A DNA stretch of 63,642 bases, counting the filler, from Choristocarpus tenellus KU-1152 (Eukaryota; Protista; Phaeophyceae), in assembly GCA_964200185.2 (NCBI GenBank). It is 11 parts of 11 records of this genome, joined end to end, with 100 filler letters (N's around TTAATTAATTAA, not from the genome) between each part and the next. Parts side by side here need not be neighbours in the genome. Positions count along the whole stretch, not along the records: positions 34,864 to 39,433 come from CAXNAD020013971.1; positions 39,534 to 43,561 come from CAXNAD020016599.1; positions 43,662 to 47,768 come from CAXNAD020016167.1; positions 47,869 to 56,161 come from CAXNAD020004887.1; 7 more parts are not named here. One strand, given 5' to 3'. The notes beneath the pieces were generated by a model. It worked only from the letters and a program-made list of their open reading frames with translations, did no database searches and was not told the origin of the DNA. Every line of letters begins with the position of its first letter. The first letter of the stretch is position 1. Made by a program: the position numbers and the translations under genes. Of this stretch, positions 35,927 through 48,085 are shown piece by piece.

Positions 35927-37397
35927 CTACCATTTTAGTTACACAGGTAATCATGTAAGTCTTTGTGTTACGAGTGTAAACCAAACTGTTGGAATAGCAG
36001 AAACGTTGGTAACGATCCATTCATTCGTTCATTCACTTTTTTCGGAATCCGTACTCGGATATTGAAGTCAAAGAGACCTTAACTACGTAGAAAATTACTG
36101 GACAAAGGTGGAGGTATTTTATTTTATGGAAAGTCCAATGAACTTGTAATGGTTAATATCGAAGATTATTATCACGGTACTATAAACGACCTTAAGAGAA
36201 GCCTCATAATTCGCTAGTTTGTATATTCTCTCCACTGGCATATTCTATGTCCTGACACCTCTCAATTTCTATTTTTGTTTACATTTAGATCGGATAAATT
36301 GTTAAATATCTCTTCTCACCTCTTGTTGGTATTACAATGGTGAAAACTCATCAGGAAGTAAAGTATGATGACACAACAAATATCAATTTCGATTCGAAGT
36401 ATGTTTCTACAACTAAAATAGCAATTATTGTGTATCGTTATATTGATTGATATATATTCAGTGAGTAATGTGAACTTTAAAATATCCAGAATCTCCAAAA
36501 AAGGGAGTGAACGTTAGTGGGTGGTGGCCTGGATGGCCTTCTTTCGTCAATAATATGCTGTCGTGCTTCGAAGGTTGCGTTATTTTTTTGTAGAACTAAG
36601 ATTGAGCTGGCGTGTGAAACCCTGGCCACCACATCTTGGGCACACTTTAGGACCTCCACCCAGGTTAGTTATACCCTTGTCTACAGGGCTTGGCGTCGTG
36701 AGAGATTGTTATCTTCTTACCTAGAACCACTCACTTTTTCAATTTTTACGTCATATAAGGTGCAGGCCATGGTCTTGGTGAGGGCTGTCTAACTCACTCT
36801 CTCCCTCTGCATCCTGGTTACATCCCAAATTTTGTGGCGTCGTGCAGACGACGAGACGCGAGTGGGACTTGCGCAAGAAAAGTTGCGAATTGGAAAAGAA
36901 GGCCCAAGGGGTTTGTTTGACGATGTCTATCACTCCAACTACAGTCGAGGCCTAATCCACCCAATACTTCTTTGGAAGAATCAGTTTGTGGAGACAATGG
37001 AGGTGCGCATATCTTGGCTCTCTTGTGTACTTCATTATCCTTACGCTCCATATTATCGCTTGGTTCAGGGCTTCTGACAATATCACGACCCTTAAAGCAA
37101 CCCCCGCCTCTCGGAACCCACACAAACAATAGAAAGATATCCTTGGGTGATGAGGGCATCGTGTCAGTTGTGTGGACTCGTTTTTTCCAAGCACAAGATG
37201 ATTCTCGTCATTGTTGTTAGACTCACGCTGCCATCACGAGTTGTTTATCTCGAATAACAGATCTCACATCCACACACATAAGCATCCCTGTAGAGCACCC
37301 ATCTACATTTCTTGTGGAGGGCATGAACCACCCTCGGTCTTCCCCACTCTACTTTGATACAGATTCTGTGCCTTTCCCGTTTTCATATCCGTTTCAG

Positions 37398-38204
37398 GTT
37401 GCTAGATCTCACGAAGTTCAGCGTATTAGGGGAGGGAAGGCGAGAGTGTGGCGTATCACGGAGTTACCCCACAACGGAATGCCGCTGGCAGTGTCTCAGC
37501 CACTCCCCGCGGCTAGTTCAGTGATTAGAGATTCACCGCAAAGTGGTCTCCTTGCATTAGGCAGGGAGGAGTCCAGGTGGAGGGGGGGGGCTAAGATCCC
37601 AAGCGTCCACCTTCGACTTGGGGGCAACACCAGTGTTAGCATGCACAGAAACCAGTTGGTGGCTGTTGAAGCTGGCGGTGGCCTCATCTTGGCAAATCAT
37701 CGCAGTCCTACGCCATCTGCTGGTGGGGAATGGGCTCCCGTTGGAGCTAGGGGGGGAGGGTCTGTCATGGCCCAGTGGGGTGCGTCTGTGCCCGCCACCC
37801 GTCCGTCGGAGGCGCTTGGAACTCAAGGAGAGCGATATACGGCGGATGATGGGCGAGGTGTTGTGTTGACTGTTTCTCCATTGGTGTCGAACCCAAAGGT
37901 TCTCGAGACGCCTGCTGTGACATCGAGTAAAGCGTGTCTCGCCAGTGCGCAATTGCAGGCTGAGTGTGATGCAGCCCAAATGGTTAGAGGGGAAGCAGTG
38001 TGTGTGAAGGGAGGGTTGGAAGAGTTTGGTTGTGAATTAGGGGATTCGAAAAGAAGAGAAGGCGAGGATTGCGTAGTAACAGTAGTCGGTGACGGTCGGG
38101 CGTCGGAAGGTTTAGCGGGAAGTCATGGAGCAGGTATCAGGAAGAGGAAGACGCTTTTGGTGGGGGTTGCTTTTATGGCCAAGAAAATGGAAACAATGGC
38201 GAAG
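37398..38204 (+). CDS. Large exon ending in a motif resembling the N-terminus of inositol-tetrakisphosphate 1-kinase (ITPK1-like), partial
   Basis: TTTCAG acceptor, ~270 open codons, ending TLLVGVAFMAKKMETMAK|GTGAGA (ITPK: VGYAL..KK). No further exons were identified. Confidence 0.35.
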
Positions 38205-39205
38205 GTGAGAGATGCTTTGTAGGGAGAACATTGATTCCCCCTTGGGTATGTGAAGCTTGTGCTAAGTTCCCCTTTGAAGCGGATTGGTGATGGTGGGGAT
38301 AGAGATGAGGGTTGCAATATGAGATCTGGTTGCTGGTGAACCCTAGTGATTTCAGAGATCTTGGTGGAGGTGTTGTGGATGTCCGTTCGTGACTAAACCC
38401 CCTGAAGCTCCCCTTTTTAGTTCACCTTCTCTTGGCAGTATGCTTGTATATGTAGACTGTTGATGTCTTCAGTGCTGAAATCAAGAAAACTAATTGAAGC
38501 ATAAGTCATTTCAACTCACCTGGCTAGAGTATGGTAAGGTACCATGGAGTAGAAATTAGTACTCTTGTCACGACTTCACTAGACATCCCAAAGAAGATTG
38601 ATGTGATACAAGGTAAATTTTAGTGAGTGTATCAAGAGTGGCGATTTGATGTTGGGATTACTTGTCAGGGAAGGTGCTTTTCTCTTTTTGGGCACGCATT
38701 GCTTTGGAAATGGAATTCTTAATCCGTCTCTTCTGGCATATTAAATTTAATTGCCTGAGAATCACAAATATGCACATACAAATGATTTGTCTTGGCTTGG
38801 GCTGTACATGCCTGATTCGTACCGTGCTTTTTGATTTCGCATGTAGGCTGAATTATGTATGCGTGGGTGGATTGGTTGTCATGTATGACCAGACCCTAAG
38901 CTGCCACATTTTCGCATTTTGATTATTGAAAGCAAATAGCAAGCTTAAAAAGAATTACTGGAGTGTGCTTATAGACTGACGAAAGGGTAAAACTTTTTTT
39001 GGCGTTTTAAATACGTAATAATTTCATTTAAAAGACGTCGTCATACTTGTGAATGAATCATCGAAGATGCAAAAATGTCTGAATTTTTATCGAGGTGTGT
39101 CTGATACGGCGATCGTTATTGCTCCAAATGTTTTAAATACTTCCTCCCCGATGCCGAATGTAAATCAGACACGAGTCATCCGCTTAAATGGCCAGAGGAA
39201 TATTT

Positions 39206-39208
<3 letters not shown>

Positions 39209-39258
<50 letters not shown>
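39209..39258. repeat. (CA)n microsatellite
   Basis: About 25 AC units. Confidence 0.95.
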
Positions 39259-39260
<2 letters not shown>

Positions 39261-39925
39261 CATGTGTGCATTTTCTATTGTCGGGCACCAAATTTATGTG
39301 CATTTTAGCCTGATTTTTTTTTTTTTAGTGTTGAGGATCGCGTGGAGGGGGGGGGGGGGGGGGGGGGGGGCAACAAAGTTGTGGTTAATGGGTGTTATTT
39401 TTTTTTTTGGAGGGGGGTGCCCCCCACCCCCAANNNNNNNNNNNNNNNNNNNNNNNNNNNNNNNNNNNNNNNNNNNNTTAATTAATTAANNNNNNNNNNN
39501 NNNNNNNNNNNNNNNNNNNNNNNNNNNNNNNNNCCCCACCCCCCCAGATACTTTGACCCTTTTGAAATCTGATACGGTCTTCTACCCATAGCGATTTCGT
39601 TTTGGGGTCCCTATATTTGCGTTTTGATAAACATGTGCATACGACTCTTTTAAAAAACCCTCTTCCCACCCCCAAAATGCCATCATTGTGTGATTTTAAG
39701 AGTTCATTTCCCCCTGCGACAAATAATACGGAGAACTTTGAAGCACATACACACATCTCCCTTGTACCAGTATGATATTATAATTTTTCCTGTGACCCTG
39801 AACTTTGACATTTTTGTCAAGTCTGTAAGAGCCAGTTGCAACCTCTCACCAACCTAGACAGTAACTCCTTGCACTCATGCCAAAGCATCCTTGCATATCA
39901 TCTTATGTCCAACCCTTGCCCCCAG

Positions 39926-42100
39926 CTACTCGAGCGACTACCCCACACAATTGGTGCGTTTGGCGCTGAGCTTGCAGGGGGTGACCCAGACCTGGGTGCT
40001 GGTGACTCAGTGGTTACTAAGCTGTTAGGTTTCCATGTCTTGGTGAGCGGCATAGATTACCATCTTATTAATTTGTCCATGCCAGGACATTGAGGTTGTC
40101 CTTATTCATACTTGTTGTTTTCTCCTTCTAAGATGTATGTTGTTGTTCATACCTCTTCGCAGCAAACAATCCTGGAACCTGATATGTCGAGTAGCATGGT
40201 GCAGGATGCAAGGTGAGAGTATTGATGTCATGGTGGAGATGTAGATCGTTATTCAACCATGCACCCTTTGAGTGTGCCACCTCTGTAAGAAAATGCTTCA
40301 TGATATGAAGGGAGTTGTGGAATATGGGTTGATTGCTGACAGCTGTGCTAGACGAGGTGTTCTGGTTATTGACAAAACCTGGCTACGAATATGTGGAGTA
40401 AATGCCCAGCAGTAGGACAATGTGTCGAAGTTGCGTATAATGTGCAATTTTACGCGGGAAATTCAATCTAAACGATATTAACTGGTTGCTCTAGATGGAT
40501 TGCTGTTAATTGTCTGTTGTATACAAGGATCCTTTGGCAAGATATCCCCATGCAATACACCTCTACGAAGAAAAATTATCCCCTGGCCTGTTCTTTCTGT
40601 AGTCTATTCGGCAGGTTCTACAAGGGAGCACTGTTCTGGTCACTTGAGAGGGAGGTCAAGTCCATAGAGTTTGTCAGCGCGCCCTTGATTGTGGATTTTG
40701 TCGAAACTGCTTTCTTTTTGGGGCTGCCCAATGTAACCTTGATGAGTTGGAGGTTCAATCCTGATGAGAGCAACATCCCGACACAGCTCTATAGCTACGA
40801 CTCTAAGCTGGACAGCTGGGGAACCTGGGACTTTGGGTGGTGGGGAGAGGACCTTCTCAGGTAAGTCCGAGAGGAATTCAATAGTGAGGCGTGCAAATAC
40901 TTGAGGCTTAGGTAGACTTTTTGTTGTTGTCATATATACATCCATTATGGAAAGTCCATAAGCCAGGTCTTTTTTTCTTCTGTATCGATTTGAATAGAGT
41001 GTGGCACTAGCGACCTGCAGGAACGATACATCAAGATGAACATCCTCCAAAGATTCAGCGTTCTGTATGAGGTATTTCTCAATGCTTTGGATCAATGATC
41101 TGGAGCACAAACTTGGAAGTCAGGTTGGTTGGGAGTGGGTAAGCAGCAAGTGCATATTCTTTTGCTGATGATCTAGCCTTCTTGCGCCTGGGGCTTATTT
41201 CAAATGTGGAGTTGAAGTCCCACAGGACCAGGAATGAACCAAAAGAACCGTAAGGGAGGAGCTGTACAATTGCTCCTAGGTGTTGCTTTCTCTTTTTCCC
41301 CTTCGTGTGTCCATGCGGACCTGCAGTTGAGCAAGTTGACTTAATTTGATGGATAGGGGACAGCATGACAACCACCATTTACCATGTCACATAAACACAG
41401 TAACACTGAGGACGTCCAATGCTTAGTAACGTGAGTTCTGCAGTGATGCTAGAGCACTACTATGTGTTACTGCGTATCTTTGACATGTTTCGAGAGATAT
41501 TTATCAGCGTCAAAAGTTCATCTACATGACTAGAGTACTTTTGTGTCTAACCTTTGAGTGTTCCAGAGTGCGTCTCTTGTGCAAGTAAACAGATCATGCA
41601 TGCCAGATTCTTGCTCGTTCAATTAAACTACTGGTGCTTGGCTCATTGATAATTTTGTGACTTGTTCTTTGGTGCATAGTGTAGCTTTCCTTCGAGCCGT
41701 GCATTTTTTGCCTTTCGCATGAAAATTTAGGTATTTATTCCTTGCTTGGCAGTGTCCTGAATCACTAGTCTCCTGAAGGCCCATATCGCCTCTCACATGC
41801 AAATATATTCGTTTCTTCCTTCCTGGCTGTGTCCTGGGTAAATAGCCTCCTGCAGGGCCACATGAAGCCTTCTCACAAAGCAGTTGCAGGTAAAGTCACA
41901 GGAGCGGAAGTATCCGTGAGAGAAAGAGAGTGGAAGAGCGATGAAATGGCTATAAGGGAATCAGAGAGGAGAAATAAAGAGGGAGAGTTTGTGTCTGTAC
42001 TTCCTGCCCTGCAGTTCATCTTGGCTGGGATTGTGGGGAGACCAGGGGGATTCCACCCCATTCCTGCTGTTAGGTTGGCTTTTGAGGTGTTCAGCTACGG
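39926..42100 (+). CDS. Internal exons of an unidentified protein
   Basis: AG/GTAAG-bounded open exons at ~40615-40860 (FYKGALFWSLEREVKSIEFV..WDFGWWGEDLL) and ~41856-42100 (..GIVGRPGGFHPIPAVRLAFEVFSY). A possible further exon lies at ~39926-39995. Confidence 0.55.
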
Positions 42101-43859
42101 GTAAGTGGAGGGGCATACATTTTATTTTGGTTCAGTACTATTACTACTGTTGTGGACATTTGGTTCTAAACCTCAGAGCAGTGAGTGCTATGGTGTCCAG
42201 TGTCAAATATTTTATGTGGTGGTGGAAGAAGCATCCCTATCATAGTTATGACTCTCCCAATACACTAATTCATGTGCAAGTATAATTTTATTTCATGAGG
42301 ATGTTACTCCATAGGAGTAGTGCTTCAGATCGTGCCACCATTAGAAATCCCTACCCTCATTCCTTGCAAGGCCTTTAACATCAACATATGAACAAGTTAA
42401 AACCAGTAACGTGTTCAGATGATTTGCGATTGCCAGCACTGTCTTCTATTTTTACCAAGTAATCCGGAGTAGTATGGTTGGCATCGATAGGTTGGGGGGA
42501 CAAAGGTGACTAATGCTACATATGTACAAGTCCTTGTAGGTGTTTTGCCACTATGTAGAAAACGTAGCTGGCATAGCTTCCTCGTGGAGTGCCTTAACAC
42601 AAGTATCTACCGGAATCAACAGCTGGAAGGAGCTTGACATTGCCGACAAGCTGTGGCATGGGTGCCGTGTTTTATGAGAAGTAAGACGTGAACAGAGGTA
42701 GTCTTGAGGAAAAGTACTGTAATTGAGAAAGCTCTAGAGAAGAGGGACTTCCTGCAACTAGTACACAAACTTACTTGGGACATCAGAAACTTCGTTAGAG
42801 AGAGCTGACCGTGGCCACTTGGAATACACCCTGGAGTAAGAACCATGGCCTTGAATGGTAAGAACAGAGTAGGGCACGCAGCAGTGTCAATGATCTGGAC
42901 TTGGGCTTGAGAATGCAATGTGATTGGATCTCAAGAGGCAAGGCGAGGTGGAAAATCTGGCCTTAACTCTCTGAGCAAAACTACACTGTAGTTTTCAGTG
43001 AGGGTGATGGCAACAGAAATACTATGGAGTGTGATTTGGAAGTGACGAGTATACCAAGCTGCTCATGAATAAGAGCTCTTTGGTGTGTTGATGATGAACA
43101 TCCGATTACTGATGACTGGCAGCTAAACTGAGATTACCCTCATTGTGGGATATGCCCCAACCGAAGTATTGTCAGAGACAACCAAGGATGCTTCTTGGGA
43201 AAAGCTGCATACAATAGTGCAGTAAACACCCGTCAAGGGTAAGCATTGTATCTGATGGATGTGAACGACCACATTGGAGGAGCAGTGAGAGAGGGGGAGT
43301 ATTACGAGTCTACTTGGCCATGACGACTTGAACAACAATTGTGAACTCTTGTTGATGTGCAATGACGAATAGATTTGCAATTGCAACAAGTTTCTCAGTG
43401 TAACGAAGGGAAAAGGCTCTACATATACTTGACCAACTCGGGGGAAATGGATATCTTTATCTTGGTTATGTTCTCAGATGCCATGTTGATCACCTCCTCT
43501 TATACATCATCAGTCTTGGGTCAAAGTATCTGGGGGGGGGGGAGGGGGCGGTTTGTGAGGGNNNNNNNNNNNNNNNNNNNNNNNNNNNNNNNNNNNNNNN
43601 NNNNNTTAATTAATTAANNNNNNNNNNNNNNNNNNNNNNNNNNNNNNNNNNNNNNNNNNNNGAGTGAATACCCTTGAGGGGGTTTCAGGAGATGTAATCG
43701 ACCCAGGGGGGACTATTAATGAGGATAGGCCTCCCCCAGAAGTGACTGCAGTTCATGTTGATCTGGAACGATCGACTGGAGCCCAAGCAACGTTCGTCAG
43801 AGGAGGATGTTGTAGGATTTGATGAGCTCACCCAGGGTGGGGCTGGAGCATTTGTCACT

Positions 43860-45146
43860 GCCCCATGGGGGTTGAGTGGGGGAATGAGACCCACTAGGAG
43901 TATGGACATACATCAAATGCATCATCAGCTGGGTTATTGCTATGAGGCGATGGTACGCAGGTACGCTATGGAACGTAAGATCAATCTCACTGGTGAGTGG
44001 CAAAAATATTGCAAAGGGTGCGCTATTGGCAAGGCTCACCACAAACCAGTACTAAATGTGACGTCTGGCAGATCGGGGAAGCGCTTGGGGAGGGTGTTCA
44101 TAGATCTTACTGTACCCAAGCCTAGGGTGAGCAGCCCGGGCAGATTTTTGTATGAGATGGGATGGTTACGATTTTTGAAATCGAAGGATCAGACAGCTAG
44201 GGATGTGGCTGAAGTGGAAAATATAAGCATTGGGTGTGTGAGAACTGACGAAGGGACGGAGTTCAAGAATGTTGACTTTGAGTATGTACTCGATGAACAT
44301 AAGATCCGGCATGAGTATACTGTGCCTGGAACTCGTCAACTCAATGGGAAGGTGAAAGGGGCTCTAGCCCTGATTGCGGAAAAGGGTATGGTCATGATGC
44401 ATGCAGCTGGTCTGGGGGATCGACTGGGATGTGGGCTGAGGCGCACAACATGGCTAACACTCTTACTAACTTATCCCCCACATCTGCTAATTCACACTGG
44501 AAGTCCCTGTTTAAAATATTTTTTTGGTGTTCCTGCCCATCCTCATCTCTTACCACTTTGGGGATCGAAGGGTTATACTAGAGTGGACAACCATCTACAT
44601 AAGTTGTCTCCTCGAGCTGAACCATGCTTGATTATGGGACTTTCCTCAAACCACCCTTCTGATACCTTGCGGGTTTTGCTCAAAAATTCAGGGAAAATAG
44701 TTCACAGGAGGGACTACGTGTGGGAACCTTACTCTGCTCTAGGAGTCTCGTTGACTGATGATGGGGTGGCCACCAACAAGGGACCTGATTTGGACTTGAG
44801 TGGAAGTTTTTTCTTTAAAGAGGAGGAGGAAACGATGAGTACTGAGGGTTTTGAGGATACTGGGGGTGAGGATACTGTACAATATATTTCTAGTCCTGAG
44901 ATATTTGGAACTGATGGGGTATTGGATCCAGATATGGGGGATATGAATCCGTCTACATCACCGCAGGGGGGTGGGAGAAGGTTGATGCTGAGACTAGCGG
45001 ACTATAATCGTGATCCCGATCCCCTATGTGGACCTAGTAACCATCGGAGCGTACACTTCGTTCGGTACGAGAGGAGATTGTTTGGTTTGCTTGTTGGTGG
45101 GAAAGATCGGTTCCTTTCACCTGAACCAACTACCATTTGTAGTTAG
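43860..45146 (+). mobile_element. Ty1/Copia LTR retrotransposon fragment (GAG-pre-integrase and integrase)
   Basis: HHQLGY..CKGCAIGKAH, RVFIDL, VRTDEGTEF, TVPGTRQLNGKV and HKLSPRAEPC; degenerate. Confidence 0.88.
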
Positions 45147-45538
45147 AGAGTTGGCTTCTTGTGTGGAGAATCCCAGTTGGTCTGATTGGTTGAATGCTAG
45201 GAGAGTGATTCTGTTGGAGAAACATTCAGTTATAATAATAATGTTTTAGTCAGATAACAGAAATATTGTCCGGGTTATTTATTATAGCACAAGAAGAATC
45301 CTAGAAAAGGAATGTTGTAGCAAGTAACATAGCAGGTAATCATGGATTGAGTGAAGTGTTATTATAATATGAGAATCGTAAGGTGATGACCCCCTTTGAG
45401 TTTGAAGCTCACTCTCTCTTTTCTTTCACCTTCTTTACTTCATGTACAACCTGTTCTGCATAATATGGAATTAATCGAGTCATTTACATGATACTATTGC
45501 CCGTTTCAGCTTCCTGTAGCTTATATCGGGTCTTGTGA

Positions 45539-45733
45539 TGAGCTGCACGGGGATCTAGTCCTCGGCGCATCTTCCGTTGAGCTGCACGGGGATCTCGTCC
45601 TCCGTCAGTCCTTTGTTGAGCTGCATGGGGATCTCGTCCTCCGCGAGTCTTCCGTTGAGCTTCACGGCGATCTAGTCCGCCGTGTGTCCTTTGTTGAGCT
45701 GATTAGGAATCTCGTCCTCCGCGCATCCTTCAT
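45539..45733. repeat. Minisatellite, 5 x 39 bp
   Basis: Contiguous units of consensus TGAGCTGCACGGGGATCT(A/C)GTCCTCCGCG..TCYTYYGT. Confidence 0.92.
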
Positions 45734-45969
45734 TGATTCCTCTTTCGTAGTTCCAGTGCGATATTCACTCCTGTTCCGTTAGGGTCTCCGTGAGTTCAGG
45801 ATGACGTATTTTCGCCGCACAATGCCTTAGAGACCCTTTCACTGGCAAAAACAAACAGATATAATCTCCATGTTGTCCAAGTTTCCACTGGTCATACTGG
45901 TACACCAGTCCAGTTGAACTTCTTCATGTCATCACCTGCTCCTTTCCATACTACTAAGGCTCATAACCA

Positions 45970-46449
45970 GTGCAAAAGAGCTGTTCAAATAGAGTTTTTG
46001 CTTTATGTGATATAAATGAATTTATTAGCGGAGGTAATGCTATTTATCAGTAGTGAAGACAAGAAGGTGTGAAGCCTCACACGATTCACCTTCACTGAAC
46101 GTGATAACATGGTTAAAGTTAAATGAATGACTTTTGTGGGATGTCTTCTTTATTATTTGTGCTTCCTACCTAAGTCAACGGTAATGTCGTCGAATGCGGA
46201 AAAAATGCCCATCATAAACGCATAAAAAATCCGAATGTACTATCTCATTAGTTACAATTCATGGACTCAATTCAACACAATAATGACATATACACAAAAT
46301 AACGTACACCTCACTATTGTCCTATTTTGCACGATAGATAACAAGGAAGAGAAGACCACCGCCTCAAGGGATGGTAGGTACTCACTCTGCTAATATATTC
46401 ATTCATACCACATAAAGCAAAAACTCTATTTGAACTGCTCTTTCTGCAC
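45970..46449. mobile_element. Non-autonomous element with ~65-bp TIRs
   Basis: GTGCAAAAGAGCTGTTCAAATAGAGTTTTTGCTTTATGTG at 45970 has an inverted counterpart at ~46385-46449. No TSD was seen. Confidence 0.75.
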
Positions 46450-47768
46450 AATAGCGTTCTACTGTCCCGTCTGCGGAGCGCTTGATTTTGAAAACGAATC
46501 GCGTCTTGATTGTTTTCCTCCCTTGGCGCAGGGCCTTGTCACCAAATGTCCCCTTCTGCCATAATCCTGTCATTTCGTTCTCCATGACCTCCTGCCACTG
46601 CTCTGCATCCGGGCTACTCAAGGCCTCCTTTGTTGTCGACGGCTTGTCTGCACCTGTTGCCACCTCCCCCATGCATAAGGCAGTACATGTCTTGGCTGTT
46701 CTGCTATATAAGGGTTGACACGAAGTGGTTGATGTCCGTGTCTTCACCCTCCTCAACCTCGTACAGCTGGGATGTGTGTCGTCCACTCGCTGGCGCTGCT
46801 CCAGCATGGAAGATGATCGCTGACCAGAGTTTGGGGCTAGGCGCTTGGCCACTATCTGCGCTGCCCTATCCATGCGCTGGCGTTGTCCCATCCTCGGAGA
46901 ATTTTTTTGACTTTGGTGGGGTGCTGAGCGCTTTGCATCTTGAGCCCCACGTCCAATGTTTCCAGCCGCATGCACATTGGTGTGTGCCTCGCTTCCTGTT
47001 CTGGAAACCTCCTCTTCGCCTTCGCCATCGATGTTCATGGCATCGTCGTGCTCCAACTCCCTCAGTATGTCCAGCTTTAACTCCCTCCCCCACCAACAGT
47101 TCCAGCACTTTGGCTCAAGGTTGGAACTTCACTTGTGCGGAGGTCACCAGCTTACCTTCCTGCTGGGTCCACACGTGCCAGCACAGTGACGCCCTGTCGT
47201 GCCCGACGAAGATCCCCCGTTTTGCGTAGGGGTGGAACTTGGTGTTGGCACCACGCTGTTGCTTGGTCTGATGCACGAAGCACTTGTCCCGTACACACAG
47301 AGCTGCTTGTAGTTGAATGACTGGCTGGTCGGGCGCTCGCATGGTGTCTCGCCACCCAGGTACTCGTGTGGAATTCCTATGGTCTTGCATATCGCGTCTG
47401 TCATCGCCAAAAAAAAAGAATTCCTCCCCAAGTCCAGCCTGTATCAGCTGACTTCGCCCCGCTTGCATCACGTACTTGATTGCCCGCTCAGAAATCCCGC
47501 TGCTCTGGGGCATGCGTGGGGGGGTTTTGCGCCACTTCACGCCCCGCTCTGTCAGCATGCGCTGGAACCTTACGCTCCTCCCGAACTCGCCAGCGATACC
47601 CCCACTGATGCACGTCAGTCACCATCACCCCTTGTCGAGCCATTTCGTCGATGTAGGCAGCGGTGGACGCGCGGCGTCCTTGGTACGCAGACCCATCACG
47701 CGCTTCTCCCGGCTGGCCTCATCCACATACACCTGAAAGTACTTCATACCCGTCACCTCCGGGTCGAA
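46450..47768 (-). mobile_element. Second Ty1/Copia fragment (integrase to start of RT)
   Basis: KTPPRMPQSSGISERA, KRGIFVGH and PSTTKEALSSPDAEQWQEVMENEM..KTRFVFKIKRSADGTVERY; frameshifted. Confidence 0.9.
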
Positions 47769-48085
47769 NNNNNNNNNNNNNNNNNNNNNNNNNNNNNNNN
47801 NNNNNNNNNNNNTTAATTAATTAANNNNNNNNNNNNNNNNNNNNNNNNNNNNNNNNNNNNNNNNNNNNCATCCAAAAATCGCGACATGAAAAAATTGGTC
47901 CCAAGTGGACAGCCGCCACCCCCCCGCAGATACTTTGAACCAGCAGTAAACATTATTCTTTCCGAATGCAAAATCTTGTGCTTCTTATCGGCCTACATCC
48001 CTCTCTGTGTGTGACCTAACATTAAACCAGCCATATCTGCTTGCCAGCAATCCCATTTGTCCTTCTTTCTCTACTCCTCCCATAG

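Noticed and set aside
40640-41110. 156-aa minus-strand ORF
   Set aside because: It overlaps, antisense, a plus-strand exon with clear splice sites and has no recognisable motifs.
45539-45733. CRISPR-like array
   Set aside because: The units are contiguous and homologous along their whole length, with no unique spacers and no cas genes, in a eukaryotic context.
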